This document shows positions 36,336 to 49,802 of a DNA stretch of 64,000 bases, one piece after another. A model generated the notes under the pieces. It was not told the origin of the DNA. It worked only from the letters and a program-made list of their open reading frames with translations, and searched no databases. The position numbers were made by a program, and so were the translations under genes. The stretch covers positions 396,552,001-396,616,000 of the forward strand of contig JBNRSN020000002.1 in the NCBI GenBank assembly GCA_051313645.2, in the 5' to 3' direction. Each line of letters opens with the position of its first letter. Within the stretch, counting starts at the first letter, position 1. The stretch is from Centroscyllium fabricii. Taxonomy: Eukaryota.

Positions 36336-39092
36336 GTTAATCCAATTTCTTCCCTTTCATAAACCAACTTTTATTTTTAAATGTTGAAATTATTTATCAT
36401 TGAAGAAAATATAATTTTGCCATCTTGTGCGTGACATTCCTGTCAGCCTGAAATAACTGCTAATATCGTGAAAATAGCAGTATAATGTATTCATAATATT
36501 AAAAACAGCAAGGGGAGGAAATTCCTTTAGACCCATTTTCGGGCTTGAAATGGAACACGCAGGGCGAGAAGGCCTGAGATTGGGCCTCATCAGCAGCTCA
36601 CCCAAATAAAGTTAAAGCTAATGACTGGTGCGCCATTCTATAAAGATCAATGTTGGGCCACTTGCCTCTTGGGCAGTGGTCCAAAGGTAAGTCCTGGGGG
36701 AAGAGGAGAATGGAAAGTGGGCCGAGTCCCTCAGGAGTACTTTGGAGCACTCCTGCTCCTCCTGGTTCCACAACAAACCTCAAATAAAACTTACCATTTT
36801 GGTGCTGGCCGCTTACTAGACTGCGTCCACGCCTGGAAAACCTGAGCAGAGCAGGCCCGATGTCTCCTGTGCTCCGGGCAGCCCAGGTTCCCTGAGGGAT
36901 CCTAAAACTGGGATTGATCCCTTCATTAGCACATGCAAAGGGCCTAGCACCTGTTTTAGGTGGACGCCCCAGATGCCTGGAAAAAAGGCCAGCCCCAATT
37001 TTGGCGTGGCCGTCTTCCTCTGAGCACAGGACGTTAGTCCCCGAAATTGGCCCTCATTCTGTGCGTTTCAAACATAAAATCGACTCAATAAGAACCAATA
37101 TCTACCCCCAAATGTTAGAAATACACAGTGTGTACATCAGCATCTGAAAAGAGAAAGGCAGGTCTTATCCCAAAACATTAACTAGTCTTTTTTAAATTTT
37201 CAAATGTACATGGATGTTCTGTGTATTTCCAGCATTTTCTGGGTTTTTCCAGAATTCCAGCATTGTTTTTTCTGAATTTATTCATGTTTTTGGGACTCTA
37301 CCTTTTGGGTCTCTTTCATTCCCTCTGGTCAGTCTTGGGTTTTCCCAAACTATTGACAAAGTCACCCCTTTTCTTCAAACCTTCAGGCTTCTTTTGTGCA
37401 TTGTTTCCCAAATTTCTTTCTGTGGCTTTCTATGAGGCATAATTCTTTTAATGTCCATTCTTCTGCCGCAAGTAATGAGTGAACTTTACTCCTCTTTACT
37501 GTATCGGTTCAGCTCTACTTTGAGCTCACAATCAGCTTCTTACTAAATATATTGAAATTCCTAGCTGAAGTTTTATGACAAACCAGATTGAATGACAAGA
37601 ATCCTACTCTAACATTTCAATTAATGATTTTGAGTAATATCCACTTTCTTGTTATATTAAAGGTGGCTAATTGTGCTTTACTAATTAATAGGTAATGCAC
37701 ATTTAAATTAATGTTTTTAATATGTTTGCAAATTATGACAATTGGTTGTGTACTAGTATCCTTTGACAAAATTGCCTTGCTTGAAGCAGGAATGATTGAA
37801 AAGGGGCAGTAAATTCCTGTGTATTCTTCAAAGGAGAGTTTCCAGTGCTTTATTTGATCAGTCTCCAGAAGCTGTCTATTGCCTTGTAAAGTGATTGAGG
37901 TAGATCGTTGTCTTCACCACCTGGATGTTGAGTATTGCCTGGGAAGAACGCAAAAAGGAACAGCGGGCAGGGAGGATTGCACACCCCTTCTAGAACCCAT
38001 CGGACTATCCTTCTATTCATTTCAGTGGAAGGAAAATTGGACAGATTCTGTTAGACATGCAATGCTCCTAGTCCAATTTTCCTTTCTGTGCTTAAGTGAT
38101 GTTTAACGGCCAAGTGGTAAAGACGAAAATCCACGCCACCGATTCCCCAATTAACACTGAACCCATGTGCTGAATAAATGAACATGACATTGCTAGCTCA
38201 TCACCTTGTTACTAAAAGGACATTCCTAAATTCATATGTCATATGATTTCATAGATTAATTGCTATTCTATGGGATTGAGATTTCAATGAATAAGCTAGT
38301 TTGGGAGAAACATGCATTCAAATTTCTATTAGTTGGCAAAGATACAAGGCTTGAAGTGTAAGACACTACCTAGATTGAAAGAGTAAGAGCAGATGCGGTA
38401 AAATGAGAAATAATTGGATACCATCAAATTACTGTAGGAACTATGGGGGTAATTAACTTTTGGTGATTGTGTTAAAAGGGTGATATCGGATCGGTTGGCC
38501 ATTATACACCCTACCTGCAGTGAAACCAATATCACCCATTTTATGTGATTATGTGATTGTTGAATATTAAAATTACCTCTTGGGTATGTGACAGCACCTA
38601 TAATCATTTCAACAATTTTGACATTTGTTAAATGATATACAGTAATTATAATCATGGTGTAATATATCAAAGCAGTAAGCTCCCATACAGAATAGTTTGT
38701 GTTTACATATCACAGAAGTTGTGTAGCTGCCACAGTTCACATTTAGGGACAGGAGTGGTTATGTGGCTCTCAATAGAATAAAAGACTTCAGTTATGAGTG
38801 CATGAGATTGAATTTGTCCAGATGGATGTTCAAATTGCTCGTCTTGGATGTATTTCTACAGTTTATGATCACACCAAGAAATGCCGCACTTTACGGGAGT
38901 GTAATTTTTCAACCTTGGGTAGGGGTTAGAAGGGAGGAAAAACTTGTAGGCTGGCCCTATAATGTGTACCTGGTTCTAGGGAACAGGATTGACAACAGGC
39001 TATGGTGAAGTCCCTGCTGCAGATCATCCTGTCTTTTCAGGTATAAGATGTAGTGTGGCACTGGTGGGCAACAAGGTGGATTTAAAAGAGAG

Positions 39093-39445
39093 AAGGTACA
39101 CAATCCCTTATCCGCAACTCTGAAAACTGAAAAGCTACAAAAACAACGTTTTTTCAGAGCGTCACATGACCCGAGCTGCACCAAACATGACCCGTTTTGA
39201 AAGCTAATTCGGGACCTGAGGCCTACACCGGGTGTTTATGAAGCTTTCCAGCCCACCCGCGGGTCCAATTCCTCCCCGAGCCCACAATCTCCTACCATCA
39301 GACAGCATCTGCGTTCTGTGTCTGCGCACTGGGCCGCCAACACGGCAATGCGCATGCACTCTGCGCACCATCCCGAAAACCGAAAAATTCTGAAAACCAA
39401 AACCCATCTGGTCCCAAGGGTTTCAGATCAAGGGTTGTGTACCTG
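39093..39445. mobile_element. pogo/Tigger-like MITE
   Basis: AGGTACACAATCCCTT ... AAGGGTTGTGTACCTG|TA imperfect TIRs. Confidence 0.65.
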
Positions 39446-39794
39446 TAGTAAATTTTTTTTGGGGGGGTGGGGTGTATGGTGAGTCATTTAATTTGAGTTG
39501 TAAATCCTTGACCATTAGCAATTTAACCACAATAACAAATAAGGACGTTCAGTTCAGAATGTTATTTAAAAAATCAATTTTTGCTTAATTTTGCATGTTT
39601 TCCAATGCTGACACTTAACTTTTGATGATCCTTGTACCAGAAATAGACATAATATTCAGAACCTGATCTCACTAATGTGTGGAAAGTTAATATTTCCATG
39701 GATTAAACTCCATCTTTCCCCGGGCTTAACTGGTAAAGGCAACAATTAGCTGAGCCATAGAAACCAGAAGCTTCAACTGCTGATCTGTGAATAA

Positions 39795-40050
39795 GTGGTT
39801 GGTTGAGGGATAAATATTGGCCAGGATACCAGGGAAAACTCCCCATTTCTTCAAAATAGTACCATGGGATATTTTACGCCCACCTGAGTGGGCAGATGGG
39901 GCCTCGGTTTAAGGTCTCCTCTTGAGTGCAGCACTCCCTCGTGCTGCACTAGAGTGTCCGCTTGGATTATGTGCTCCAGTCTCTAGAGTGGGACTTGAAC
40001 CCACAACCTTCTGACTCAAGCGAGAGTGCTACCTATTGAGCCACAGCTAA
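39795..40050 (-). mobile_element. Deu-SINE (SacSINE1-like)
   Basis: Minus strand tRNA head GCTGTGGCTCAATAGGTAGC...GGGTTCAAGTCCC; Deu-like core TAAACCGAGGCCCC...CCTGGCCAATATTTATCCCTCAACCAA. Confidence 0.75.
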
Positions 40051-40059
40051 CCATTAGAA

Positions 40060-42076
40060 CTAAACAACTTCTATGCTCGCTTCGACAGGGACAACAGGGA
40101 GCCAGCCACCAAGGTCTTGCAATCTCCGGAAGACCAGCCACTAACACTGTCCTCCTCCGACGTAAGAGGTGTTCTACGTGGAGTGAACGCACAGAAGGCC
40201 GCGGGCCCTGACGGCATCCCTGGCCGGGCACTCAAAGACATAGATACATAGATACATAGAAGAAAGGAGCAGGAGTAGGCCATTCGGCCCTTCGAGCCTG
40301 CTCCGCCATTCAATGAGATCATGGCTGATCATCCAAACCCAGCACCCCGTCCCTGCCCTCTCCCCCTATCCCTATTGAGCCTGCACCGACACGTATCCCA
40401 CCCTATCCCCGTAACCCCACATATTCAATCCCCCTAACACTAAGGGTCAATTTATCATGGTCAATCAACCTAACCCGCACTTCTTTGGACTGTGGGAGGA
40501 AACCGGAGCACCCGGAGGAAACCCACGCAGACACTGGGAGAATGTGCAAACTCCACACAGATAGTACCCGAGGCTGGATTTGAACCTGGGTCTCCAGAGC
40601 TGTGAGGCAACAGTGCTAACCACCGTGCCGCCCAGACTGTGCTGACCAACTGGCTGAGGTCTTCACCGACATCTTCAACCTGTCACTGGCGAAGGCAGCT
40701 GTCCCTACCTGCTTCAAGACCGCCACCATCATCCCTGTGCCCAAGAAAATGGCCCTGACGTGCCTGAACGACTACCGCCCTGTCGCACTCACATCCATAA
40801 TCATGAAGTGTTTCGAGCGGCTGATCCTGGCCCACATCAAAGCCAGCGTCCCCGCTGCCCTGGACCAATACCAGTTGGCCTATCGAGGAAACAGATCAAC
40901 GGAAGATGCAATCACTACGGCTCTTCACTCTGCACTAAACCACCTGGATAGCAACGATACATATATCCGAATGCTGTTTATTGACTACAGCTTAGCATTC
41001 AACACTATCGTCCCCAGCAAGTTGTCTACCAAACTCCTCTCCCTCGGCCTGAACACCTCCCTCTGCAACTGGACCCTGGACTTCCTAACCAACAGACCAC
41101 AGTCTGTGAAGTTAGGCAACCTCACCTCTCTTCCCCACCCCCCCCTTACCCGGAAGACGGGGGCCCCACAAGGCTGTGTGCTGAGCCCCCCCGCTCTACT
41201 CCCTCTTCACCACGACTGTGCGGCTGTCCACGGCTCCAACACGATCATCAAGTTTGCAGACGACACCACGGTGGTTGGCCAGATCACCAACAATGATGAG
41301 TCAGCCTACAGGAATGAGATTCAGTGCCTTGTGGGATGGTGTGCCAATAACAACCTGGCACTGAACACCAAGAAAACCAAGGAGATCATAGTGGACTTCC
41401 GGAAGACTAAAAGCAGAAGACACCCCCCCATCTTCTTCCAAGGGGCTGAGGTGGAAAGGGTGTCCAGCTTCAAGTTCCTCGCGGTCCACATCTCGGAAGA
41501 CCTCTCTTGGTCACTAAACACCTCTCTGATTAAGAAGGCCCAACAGCGCCTGTACTTCCTAAGGAAGCTGAAAAAATCCAAGCTGTCATCCGGCATCCTC
41601 TCCAACTTCTACCGCTGCACAATCGAAAGCATACTGACAAGCTGCATCACAGTCTGGTATGGAAACTGCAACATCTCGGACTGGATGGCCTTGCAGCGGG
41701 TAGTCAAAACTGCCCAACGAATCACCGGCACCCAGCTACCATCAATCGAATGCACCTACCTCAAACGTTGCCTACGGAGGTCTCTGAACATTATTAAAGA
41801 CCCCACACACCCCAGCCACAGTCTTTTCGCCCCCTGCCCTCCGGGAGACGCTACAGATCAATCCGCACTCGCACGACTAGATTCAAGAACAGCTTCTTCC
41901 CCAGGGCTGTCAGCCTCCTGAACTCTAACAAAAAACTTCAGTATCTGCACACCTGAAATGTACTTTACTGTGTGAAATTGTATGTAACTTATTTGCACTA
42001 CTCTCGGGAGCGGCGAGTCTTCGTTTCGTTGTATTGTACTTGTACTCTGCAATGACAATAAAACTTGAATTGAATT
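40060..42076 (+). mobile_element. 5'-truncated Rex1/Babar LINE (RT), with a V-SINE inside
   Basis: ORF 40737-41921: [35 protein letters not shown]; (TTGAA) tail. Confidence 0.92.
40238..40633 (-). mobile_element. V-SINE, long-tail form
   Basis: V-domain plus CR1 tail; AGAC duplication at the flanks. Confidence 0.9.
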
Positions 42077-42095
42077 CTCGTGCAAGCGAAGGATT

Positions 42096-45000
42096 AATTC
42101 AATTCAATTCAATTCAAGTTTTATTGTCATTGCAGAGTACTAGTACAATACAACGAGACGAAGACTCGCTGCTCCCAAAGGTAGTGCAAATAAATTACAT
42201 GCAATTGCATACAGTAAAGTACATTTTCAGGTGTATAGGTACCGGAGTTTTTTTTTTAAATTAAGAGTTCAGGAGGCTGACAGCCCTGGGGAAGAAGCTG
42301 TTCTTAAATCTAGTCGTGTGGGTGCGAATTGATCTGTAGCGTCTCCCGGAGGGCAGGGGGGCGAACAGACTGTGGCTGGGGTGTGTGGGGTCTTTAATAA
42401 TGTTCAGAGACCTCCGTAGGCAACGTTTGAGGTAGGTGCATTCGATTGATGGTAGCTGGGTACCGGTGATTCGTTGGGCAGTTTTGACCACCCGCTGCAG
42501 GGCCTTATGGTCCGAGATGGTGCAATTTCCATACCAGACTGTGATGCAGCTTGTCGGTATGCTTTCGATTGTGCAGCGGTAGAAGTTGGAGAGGATGCCG
42601 GATGACAGCCTGGCTTTCTTCAGCTTCCTTAGGAAGCACAGGCGCTGTTGGGCCTTCTTAACCAGAGAGGAGGTGTTTAATGACCAGGAGAGGTCTTCCG
42701 AGATATGAAACCCAAGGAACTTGAAGCTGGACACCCTTTCCACCTCAGCCCCTTGGATGAAGATGGGGGTGTATCCTCTGCTTTCAGTCCTCCGGAAGTC
42801 CACTATGATCTCCTTAGTTTTCTTGGTGTTCAGTGCCAGGTTGTTGTCGGCACACCATCCCACAAGGCGCTGGATCTCATCCCTGTAGGCTGCCTCATCG
42901 TTGTTGGTGATCTGGCCAACCACCGTGGTGTTGTCCGCAAACTTCATGATCGTGTTGGAGCCATGGACAGCCGCTCAGTCGTGAGTGAAGAGGGAGTAGA
43001 GGAGGGGGCTCAGCACACAGCCTTGTGGGGCCGCAGTGTTCAGGGTAAGGGGGGGGGAGAGGTGTGGTTGTCTAACTTCACAGACTGTGGTCTGTTGGTT
43101 AGGAAGTCCAGGGTCCAGTTGCAGAGGGAGGTGTTCAGGTCGAGGGTGAGGAGTTTGGTAGACAACTTGCTGGGGACGATGGTGTTGAATGCTGAGCTGT
43201 AGTCAATAAACAGCATTCTGATATACGTATCTTTGCTATCCAGGTGGTTTAGTGAAGAGCCGTAGTGATAGCCTCTTCCGTTGATCTGTTTCCTCGGTAG
43301 GCGAACTGGTATTGGTCCAGGGTGGCGGGGACGCTGGCTTTGATGTGGGCCAGGATCAGCCGCTCGAAACACTTCATGATTATGGGTGTAAGTGCGACAG
43401 GGCGGTAGTCGTTCAGGCACGTCACGGCCGTTTTCTTGGGCACAGGGATGATGGTGGCGGTCTTGAAGCAGGTAGGGACAGCTGCCTTCGCCAGTGACAG
43501 GTTGAAGATGTTGGTGAAGACTTCAGCCAGTTGGTCGGCACATTCTTTGAGTGCCCGGCCGGGGATGCCATCAGGACCCGCGGCCTTCCGTGCGTTCACT
43601 CCACGTAGAGCACCTCTTACGTCGGAGGAGGACAGTGTCAGTGGCTGGTCTTGCGATTGCAGGACTTTGGTGGCTGGCTCCCTGTTGTCCCTGTCGAAGC
43701 GAGCGTAGAAGTTGTTGAGTTCCTCCGGTAGGGAGGCATCGCTGGTCGGGGGGCTGATGTTTTTGCACTTGTAGTCCATGATGGACTGCATGTCTTGCCA
43801 CATACGTCGAGGGTCTGAGTTGTTGTGAAAGTGTTCCTCTATCTTCAATGTCTGATTTTGTTTGGCAGACCTGATACCCCTCTTTAGGTTGGCCTTGGCT
43901 GTGCTGTAAGCCGCCACATCCCCAGATTTGAAAGCTGCGTCACGTGCCTTCAGCAGCGAGCGGACCTCCCCGTTCATCCAGAGTTTCTGGTTGGGGCATG
44001 TCTTGATAGTTTTTTGGGTAGTGACCACCTCGACATAGCTGTTGATGTAAAAAAGCACTGTGGATGCGTATTCCTCGATGTCCGTGTGAACGAACATGCT
44101 CCATTCAGTGCGTTTGAAGCAGTCTTGTAGCTCTGAGACTGCCCCTTCTGGCCATACCCTGACTTATTTGGCTGAAGCTTTCACCCTTTTGATGAGTGGT
44201 TTGTATGCTGGGGCGAGGAACATTGAAAGGTAGTTGGACTTCCCGAGGTGGGGGCACGGGATGGCTTTGTAAGCCTCTGCGATGTTGGTGTAGACCTGGT
44301 CCAGCATGTTCTCGCCCCTCGTGGGGCAGGAGACATTTTTGTGAAATTTCGGTAGTACAGATTTGAGGTTAGCGTGGTTGAAGTCCCCCGCCACGATAAA
44401 GGCTCCCTCCGGATGCGCGGTCTGCTACTCGCTGATGGCCCTGTGGAGATCCTTAAGTGCCAGTTTGGCATTGGCATGTGGAGGGATGTAGACCGCAGTG
44501 AAGATGACGGCCGTGAATTCCCGAGGCAGGTAAAAGGCTCTGCACTTTACAGTGAGGAATTCCAGATCGGCGGAGCAGGAACTTTCGATCAGTTCCGCAT
44601 TCGTGCCCCAGGCGTTGTTCGTGTAGATGCACAGGCCGCCTCCCTTGCTCTTCCCGGAGTCAGCTGTTCTGTCGGCGCGGAAGACCGTGTGACCCACCAG
44701 CTGGATGGCGGAGTCAGGAATGCCGTCGTTCAGCCAGATCTCTGAAGATCATGGCGCAGCATTCCTTGATCCTGGTCTGTGTGGCGAGGCCAAGTTTAAT
44801 TTCACCAATTTTACTCCCTAGGGACCGAACATTGGCCAGGTAGATGCTGGGCCGAGAGGGTTTGAGGGGGGCTCTCTTCAGCCTGCTGAGGGTCCCTGCT
44901 CTCTTACCCCTCTTCTGCTTGCGTTCTCTTCTGGGCCTCCGACGACCCCCCGCTGGGCTCCACGCTGCCGCATTTCAGCTGGGAGATCGAGATCGCGATC

Positions 45001-45195
45001 TCGCAGTGAAAGTGCTCTACAGCTGGCCCCGATGTTGAGAAGGGCTTGCCTGCTGCAGCGGAGGTCTGCTCTCGTTTTCCTAGAGAGCAGACCTAGGATG
45101 ATGAGGATAATTGTCGGCTGGATGTTTGACTGTGGAGGGGACATCACAATCGAGCCTGATCCTGTCTTCACAATGCACTTTCTAGTCCAGGCCAC
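42096..45195 (-). mobile_element. Near full-length Rex1/Babar LINE (APE plus RT), degenerate
   Basis: Leader SRQALLNIG; APE GGGLCIY, AVYIPP, AGDFNH; [23 protein letters not shown]; (TTGAA)n tail. Confidence 0.92.
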
Positions 45196-45291
45196 TGTAT
45201 AACAATTAGGAAGTGCCGGTGTTGGACTAGGGTAGACAATTGCAAGAAGTCACACAACACCAGGTTATAGTCCAACAGTTTTATTTTAAAT

Positions 45292-45327
45292 CACAAGCTT
45301 TCGGAGCTTCTGCCCCTTCGTCAGGTG
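45292..45327 (-). ncRNA. Minimal type I hammerhead ribozyme
   Basis: CAC-CUGACGA-AGGGGC-AGAA-GCUCC-GAAA-GCUU-GUG. Confidence 0.8.
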
Positions 45328-48291
45328 AAAGAGAGACTGACTTAAAGAACGCACATATGGGAGGAAGGGAGAAATCCGATCTCTCCCACATCTCCCCTTA
45401 GCAGAGATAGATAGAGCACACAAAGGCGTATTAACATATTTTAACACCTCAGTCTGAGAGCAATGAGGCACAGTCGCAAGGGGTCAAATGCTGCAAAATA
45501 CACAATGATTTTTTAAAAAGGAATTTCCTTACAAGACCAAGATGTAGCGTGACATGAAGCCAATATCATGGTTGAGACCATCCTCATGGGTGCGGAATTT
45601 GGCTATCCGCCTCTGCTCGACAATTTTGCATTGTGTGTCTCGCAGGCCGCCTTGGAGAATGCTTACCCGAAGATCGGAGGCTGAATGTCCTTCACTGCTG
45701 AAATGTTCCCCGACTGGGAGGGAACATTCCTGCCTGGCAATTGTTGTGAGGTGTCCATTCATCTGTTGTCGAAGTGTCTGCATGGTCTCACCGATGTACC
45801 ATGCCCCGGGGCATCGTTTCCTGCAATGTATGAGGTTAGCAACATTGGTCCAGTTACATGAGTATGTACCATGTACCTGGTGTGTGGTGTCCTCACGTGT
45901 GATGGTATCTGTGCTGATGATTTGGCACGTTTTGCAGAGGTTGCTGTGGCAGGGTTGTGTGGTGTCGTGGTTGCTGTTCTCCTGAAGGCTGAGTAATTTG
46001 CTGCGAACGATAGTCTGTTTGAGGTTAGGTGGCTGTTTGAAGGCAAGTAGTGGAGGCGTGGGGATGGCCTTAGCGAGGTGTTCGTCGTCATCAATGACAT
46101 GTTGAAGGCTGCGAAGAACACGGCGCAGTTTCTCCGCTCCGGGCAAGTACTGGACGACAAAGGGTACTCTGTTGGTTGTGTCCCGTGGTCGTCTTCTGAG
46201 GAGGTCTATACGATTTTTCGTTGTGGCCCGTCGGAACTGTCGATCGATGAGTCGAGTGTCATACCCCATTCTTACGAGGGCGTCTTTCAGTGTCTGTAGG
46301 TGTCCGTTGTGTTCCTCCTCATCTGAGCAGATCCTGTGTATTCGCAGGGCTTGTCCATAGGGGATGGCTTCTTTAACGTGGTTTGGGTGGAAGCTGGAGT
46401 AGTGGAGCATCCTGAGGTTGTCCGTGGGTTTGCGGTAGAGGGACGTGCTGAGGTGTCCATTTTTGATGGAGATTCGTGTGTCCAAGAATGAAACCGATTC
46501 TGAGGAGTAGTCCATGGTGAGTTTGATGGTGGGATGGAACTTGTTTGTTATCATGTAGTCTTTTCAGTGATTCTTCACCGTGGGTCCACAGGAGGAAAAT
46601 GTCGTCAATGTATCTGGTGTATAGCGTTGGTTGGAGGTACTGTGTAGCGAAGAGATCTTGCTCGAACTTGTGCATGAAGATGTTGGCGTATTGGGGTGCG
46701 AATTTGGTCCCCATGGCTGTTCCGTGTGTTTGGGTAAAAAAATTGTTGTCGAATGTGAAAACATTGTGGTCAAGGATGAAGCGGATGAGTTGTAGGATGA
46801 TGTCTGGAGATTCGCTGTTGTTGGTGTTGAGTACTGAAGCTGTCGCAGCGATGCCGTCATTGTGGGGGATACTGGTGTAGAGTGCCGAGACGTCCATCGT
46901 GGCAAGGAGTGTTCCTGGTTCGACTGGTCCGTGGGTGCTGAGCTTTTGTAAGAAGTCTGTAGTGTCGCGACAAAAGCTGGGGGTTCTCTGTACGATGGGT
47001 TTCACGATGCCCTCGATGTATCCAGAGAGGTTCTCACATAGGGTTCCACTGCCTGATACAATAGGGCGTCCAGGTGTGTTGGCTTTGTGTATCTTTGGGA
47101 GGCTGTCGAAATCTCCCATGCGGGGATTACGTGGGATGAGGGCGCGTAGGGTGCTCAAAGTCTGGATCGAAGGTCTTGATCAGTCTGTTGAGTTGGCGGG
47201 TGTGTTCCTTGGTCAGATCTGCAGGTAGCTGTCTGTAGTGTTCTTGGTTGTCCAGTTGTCGGTATGCTTCTTTGCAGTAGTCTGTTCTGTTCTGTATGAC
47301 AATGGCTCCTCCTTTGTCTGCCGGTTTGATGACGATGTTGCGGTTTTTCTTGAGAGCGCGGATGGTGTCGCGTTGTGCTCGGGTGACATTCTGGACTGTC
47401 TTGTGAGTGCGGCTGATGAATTTGGCATTGATGCATCTCCTGACAGCTTGAGCATACATGTCCAGCTTAGGGCAGCGGCCCTCCGGAGGGGTCCAATTTG
47501 ATTCTTTCTTCTTTGGTTGCTGCACTGCGGATTCCTCTCTTAGCTGTTCCGGATCATTGATGGTCTCATTGGGTTCGCTGACAACTTGGGATCTGTGGAA
47601 GTATTCCCGAAGCCTTATTCTCCTTATGAATTCCTCTGTGTCTGCCACAAGACCGATGGGGTCCATTTTGCTGGTGGGGCAGAAATTGAGCCCTCGGCTG
47701 AGAACTTCGATTTCATCTGGTTGAAGGGTGTGGTCGGACAAGTTGATGATGGATTTCCCTGTGGTCTCAACCGTGGTACCGGTGGAGGCTTGGTTGCTGC
47801 TGGTGGTGTTGCTGAGTTTCTCAAGCTTCCTGTTCTTTATGTGCATGTAGGCAGTGTAGTTCCATTGCCTTGTCTGTTTGGCGGTGTCTCATAGCTGGTC
47901 TGCTGTGTCCTGGGCACAGGCTGAGAACATGGACTCCATCCTGGTTTCGAGGTTGCGGCATCTGCTGTAGAGCTGGTGTACGACGAGATGGTTGAGTAGT
48001 TTGTAAGAAGTACGGCGGCAGAGTCTCTCAGCGTAGTCTGTGTTGTAGGTCGACTTGAGTGGGTTCGTGATCTGTAGTCCTTTTGGGATCTTGTCTGCTT
48101 TCCTGCATCTCTGTAGAAACTTGATGTCTGTGTCTATATGTGCAATCTTCTTGGAGAACCTCTCCACTTGGAGCCGGCAGTTTGTGGTGTCGATAGTAGC
48201 CATGATGTGGAGGTGCCGGTGTTGGACTGGGGTGGACAATTGCAAGAAGTCACACAACACCAGGTTATAGTCCAACAGTTTTATTTTAAAT

Positions 48292-48327
48292 CACAAGCTT
48301 TCGGAGCTTCTGCCCCTTCATCAGGTG
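48292..48327 (-). ncRNA. Minimal type I hammerhead ribozyme
   Basis: CAC-CUGAUGA-AGGGGC-AGAA-GCUCC-GAAA-GCUU-GUG. Confidence 0.8.
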
Positions 48328-49084
48328 AAAGAGAGACTGACTTAAAGAACGCACATATGGGAGGAAGGGAGAAATCCGATCTCAGCAAATTACCCAGCCT
48401 TCAGGAGAACAGCAACCACGACACCACACAACCCTGCCACAGCAACCTCTGCAAAACGTGCCAAATCATCAGCACAGATACCATCACACGTGAGGACACC
48501 ACACACCAGGTACATGGTACATACTCATGTAACTGGACCAATGTTGTCTACCTCATACGTTGCAGGAAAGGATGCCCCGGGGCATGGTACATTGGCGAGA
48601 CCATGCAGACACTTCGACAACGGATGAACGGACACCGCACAACAATTGCCAGGCAGGAATGTTACCTCCCAGTCGGGGAACATTTCAGCAGTGAAGGACA
48701 TTCAGCCTCCGATCTTTGGGTAAGCATTCTCCAAGGCGGCCTTCGAGAGACACGACAACGCAAAATCGTCGAGCAGAGGCTGATAGCCAAATTCCGCACC
48801 CATGAGGACGGTCTCAACCGTGATATTGGCTTCATGTCACGCTACATGTGACCCTGCCTGACGTAGAGTCATCCAGACTAGGGACATCTTTGTCTTGTAA
48901 GGAAATTACTTTTTTTTGCAGCATTTGACCCCTTGCGACTGTGCCTCATTGCTCTCAGACTGATGTGTTAAAATATGTTAATATGCCTTTGTGTGCTCTG
49001 TCTATCTCTGCTAAGGTGAGATGTGGGAGAGATCGGATTTCTCCCTTCCTCCCATATGTGCATTCTTTAAGTCAGTCTCTCTTT

Positions 49085-49120
49085 CACCTGACGAAGGGGC
49101 AGAAGCTCCGAAAGCTTGTG
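49085..49120 (+). ncRNA. Minimal type I hammerhead ribozyme, sense to SETD7 pre-mRNA
   Basis: cac-ctgacga-aggggc-agaa-gctcc-gaaa-gctt-gtg. Confidence 0.8.
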
Positions 49121-49218
49121 ATTTGAAATAAAACTTTTGGACTATAACCTGGTGTTGTGTGACTTCTTGCAATTAACAATTAGGAGTAGAGCCCTGGCTG
49201 AAGCAGTTTTTCTACTTG

Positions 49219-49802
49219 ACGATAACAAAATACTGCAGATGCTGGAAATCCAAAATAACAGCAGAAATGCTGGAAAAACAGTTCTGGCAAGAGAAATTGG
49301 AGTCAACGTTTCGGGTCGGGATCCTTTATCGAGACTGAAATGAAACAGACAGGAAGGATAGAAGAGGGCTGTGAGAGAACAAAGGGACGAGAAGAGTTAT
49401 TCAAAACGATTCGGCACTTTACAGCCTTCCGGACTCGATATTGAGTTCAACAATTTCAGATCATAACCCTTTATATTTTTACCTTTTTTACATTAGCCAC
49501 ACCTTTGCCTCGGCCCTCCCCCACGCCCCCCCCCCTTTTTTCTCTTTCCCACATGGCAGCCGTCTCCTATTCAGCCAGCGCAGTTCACACCTAATCTTGA
49601 GCTGTCTTCTGTCCTATTACCACCTCGTCTCCTTTTGAATAACTCTCATTGTCTCTTCTCGTCCCTTTGTTCTCTCTCAGCCCTCTCCTATCGTCTGTTT
49701 CATTTCAGTCTCGAATAAGGGTCCCGACCCGAAACGTTGACTTCTTTTTTCTCTCTTGCGGATGTTGCCGGAAGTGCTGAGTTTTTCCAGCATTTTCTGT
49801 TT
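49219..49802. mobile_element. Palindromic non-autonomous Penelope-derived element
   Basis: 15-bp TSD CAGTTTTTCTACTTG (49204, 49803); inverted arms; GTLQPSGLDIEFNNFRS* remnant; two degenerate hammerheads. Confidence 0.8.

Larger units (their letters stand above)
45212..49173 (-). mobile_element. Penelope-like element (Neptune type): RT plus GIY-YIG, direct pseudo-LTRs and an inverted 3' duplicate
   Basis: Broken ORF 48203-45529 (GTAMGT, RYIDD, Cys linker PCHSNLCKTC, WYIGET); pLTRs ~45212-45382 and ~48210-48382; plus-strand copy 48383-49173; 12-bp TSD TAACAATTAGGA at 45200 and 49174. Confidence 0.93.

Noticed and set aside
36510-37056. Possible Harbinger-like MITE, and a similar GC-richer segment at ~52690-53550
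   Set aside because: The terminal repeats are too degenerate and no TSD can be read, so boundaries cannot be supported.
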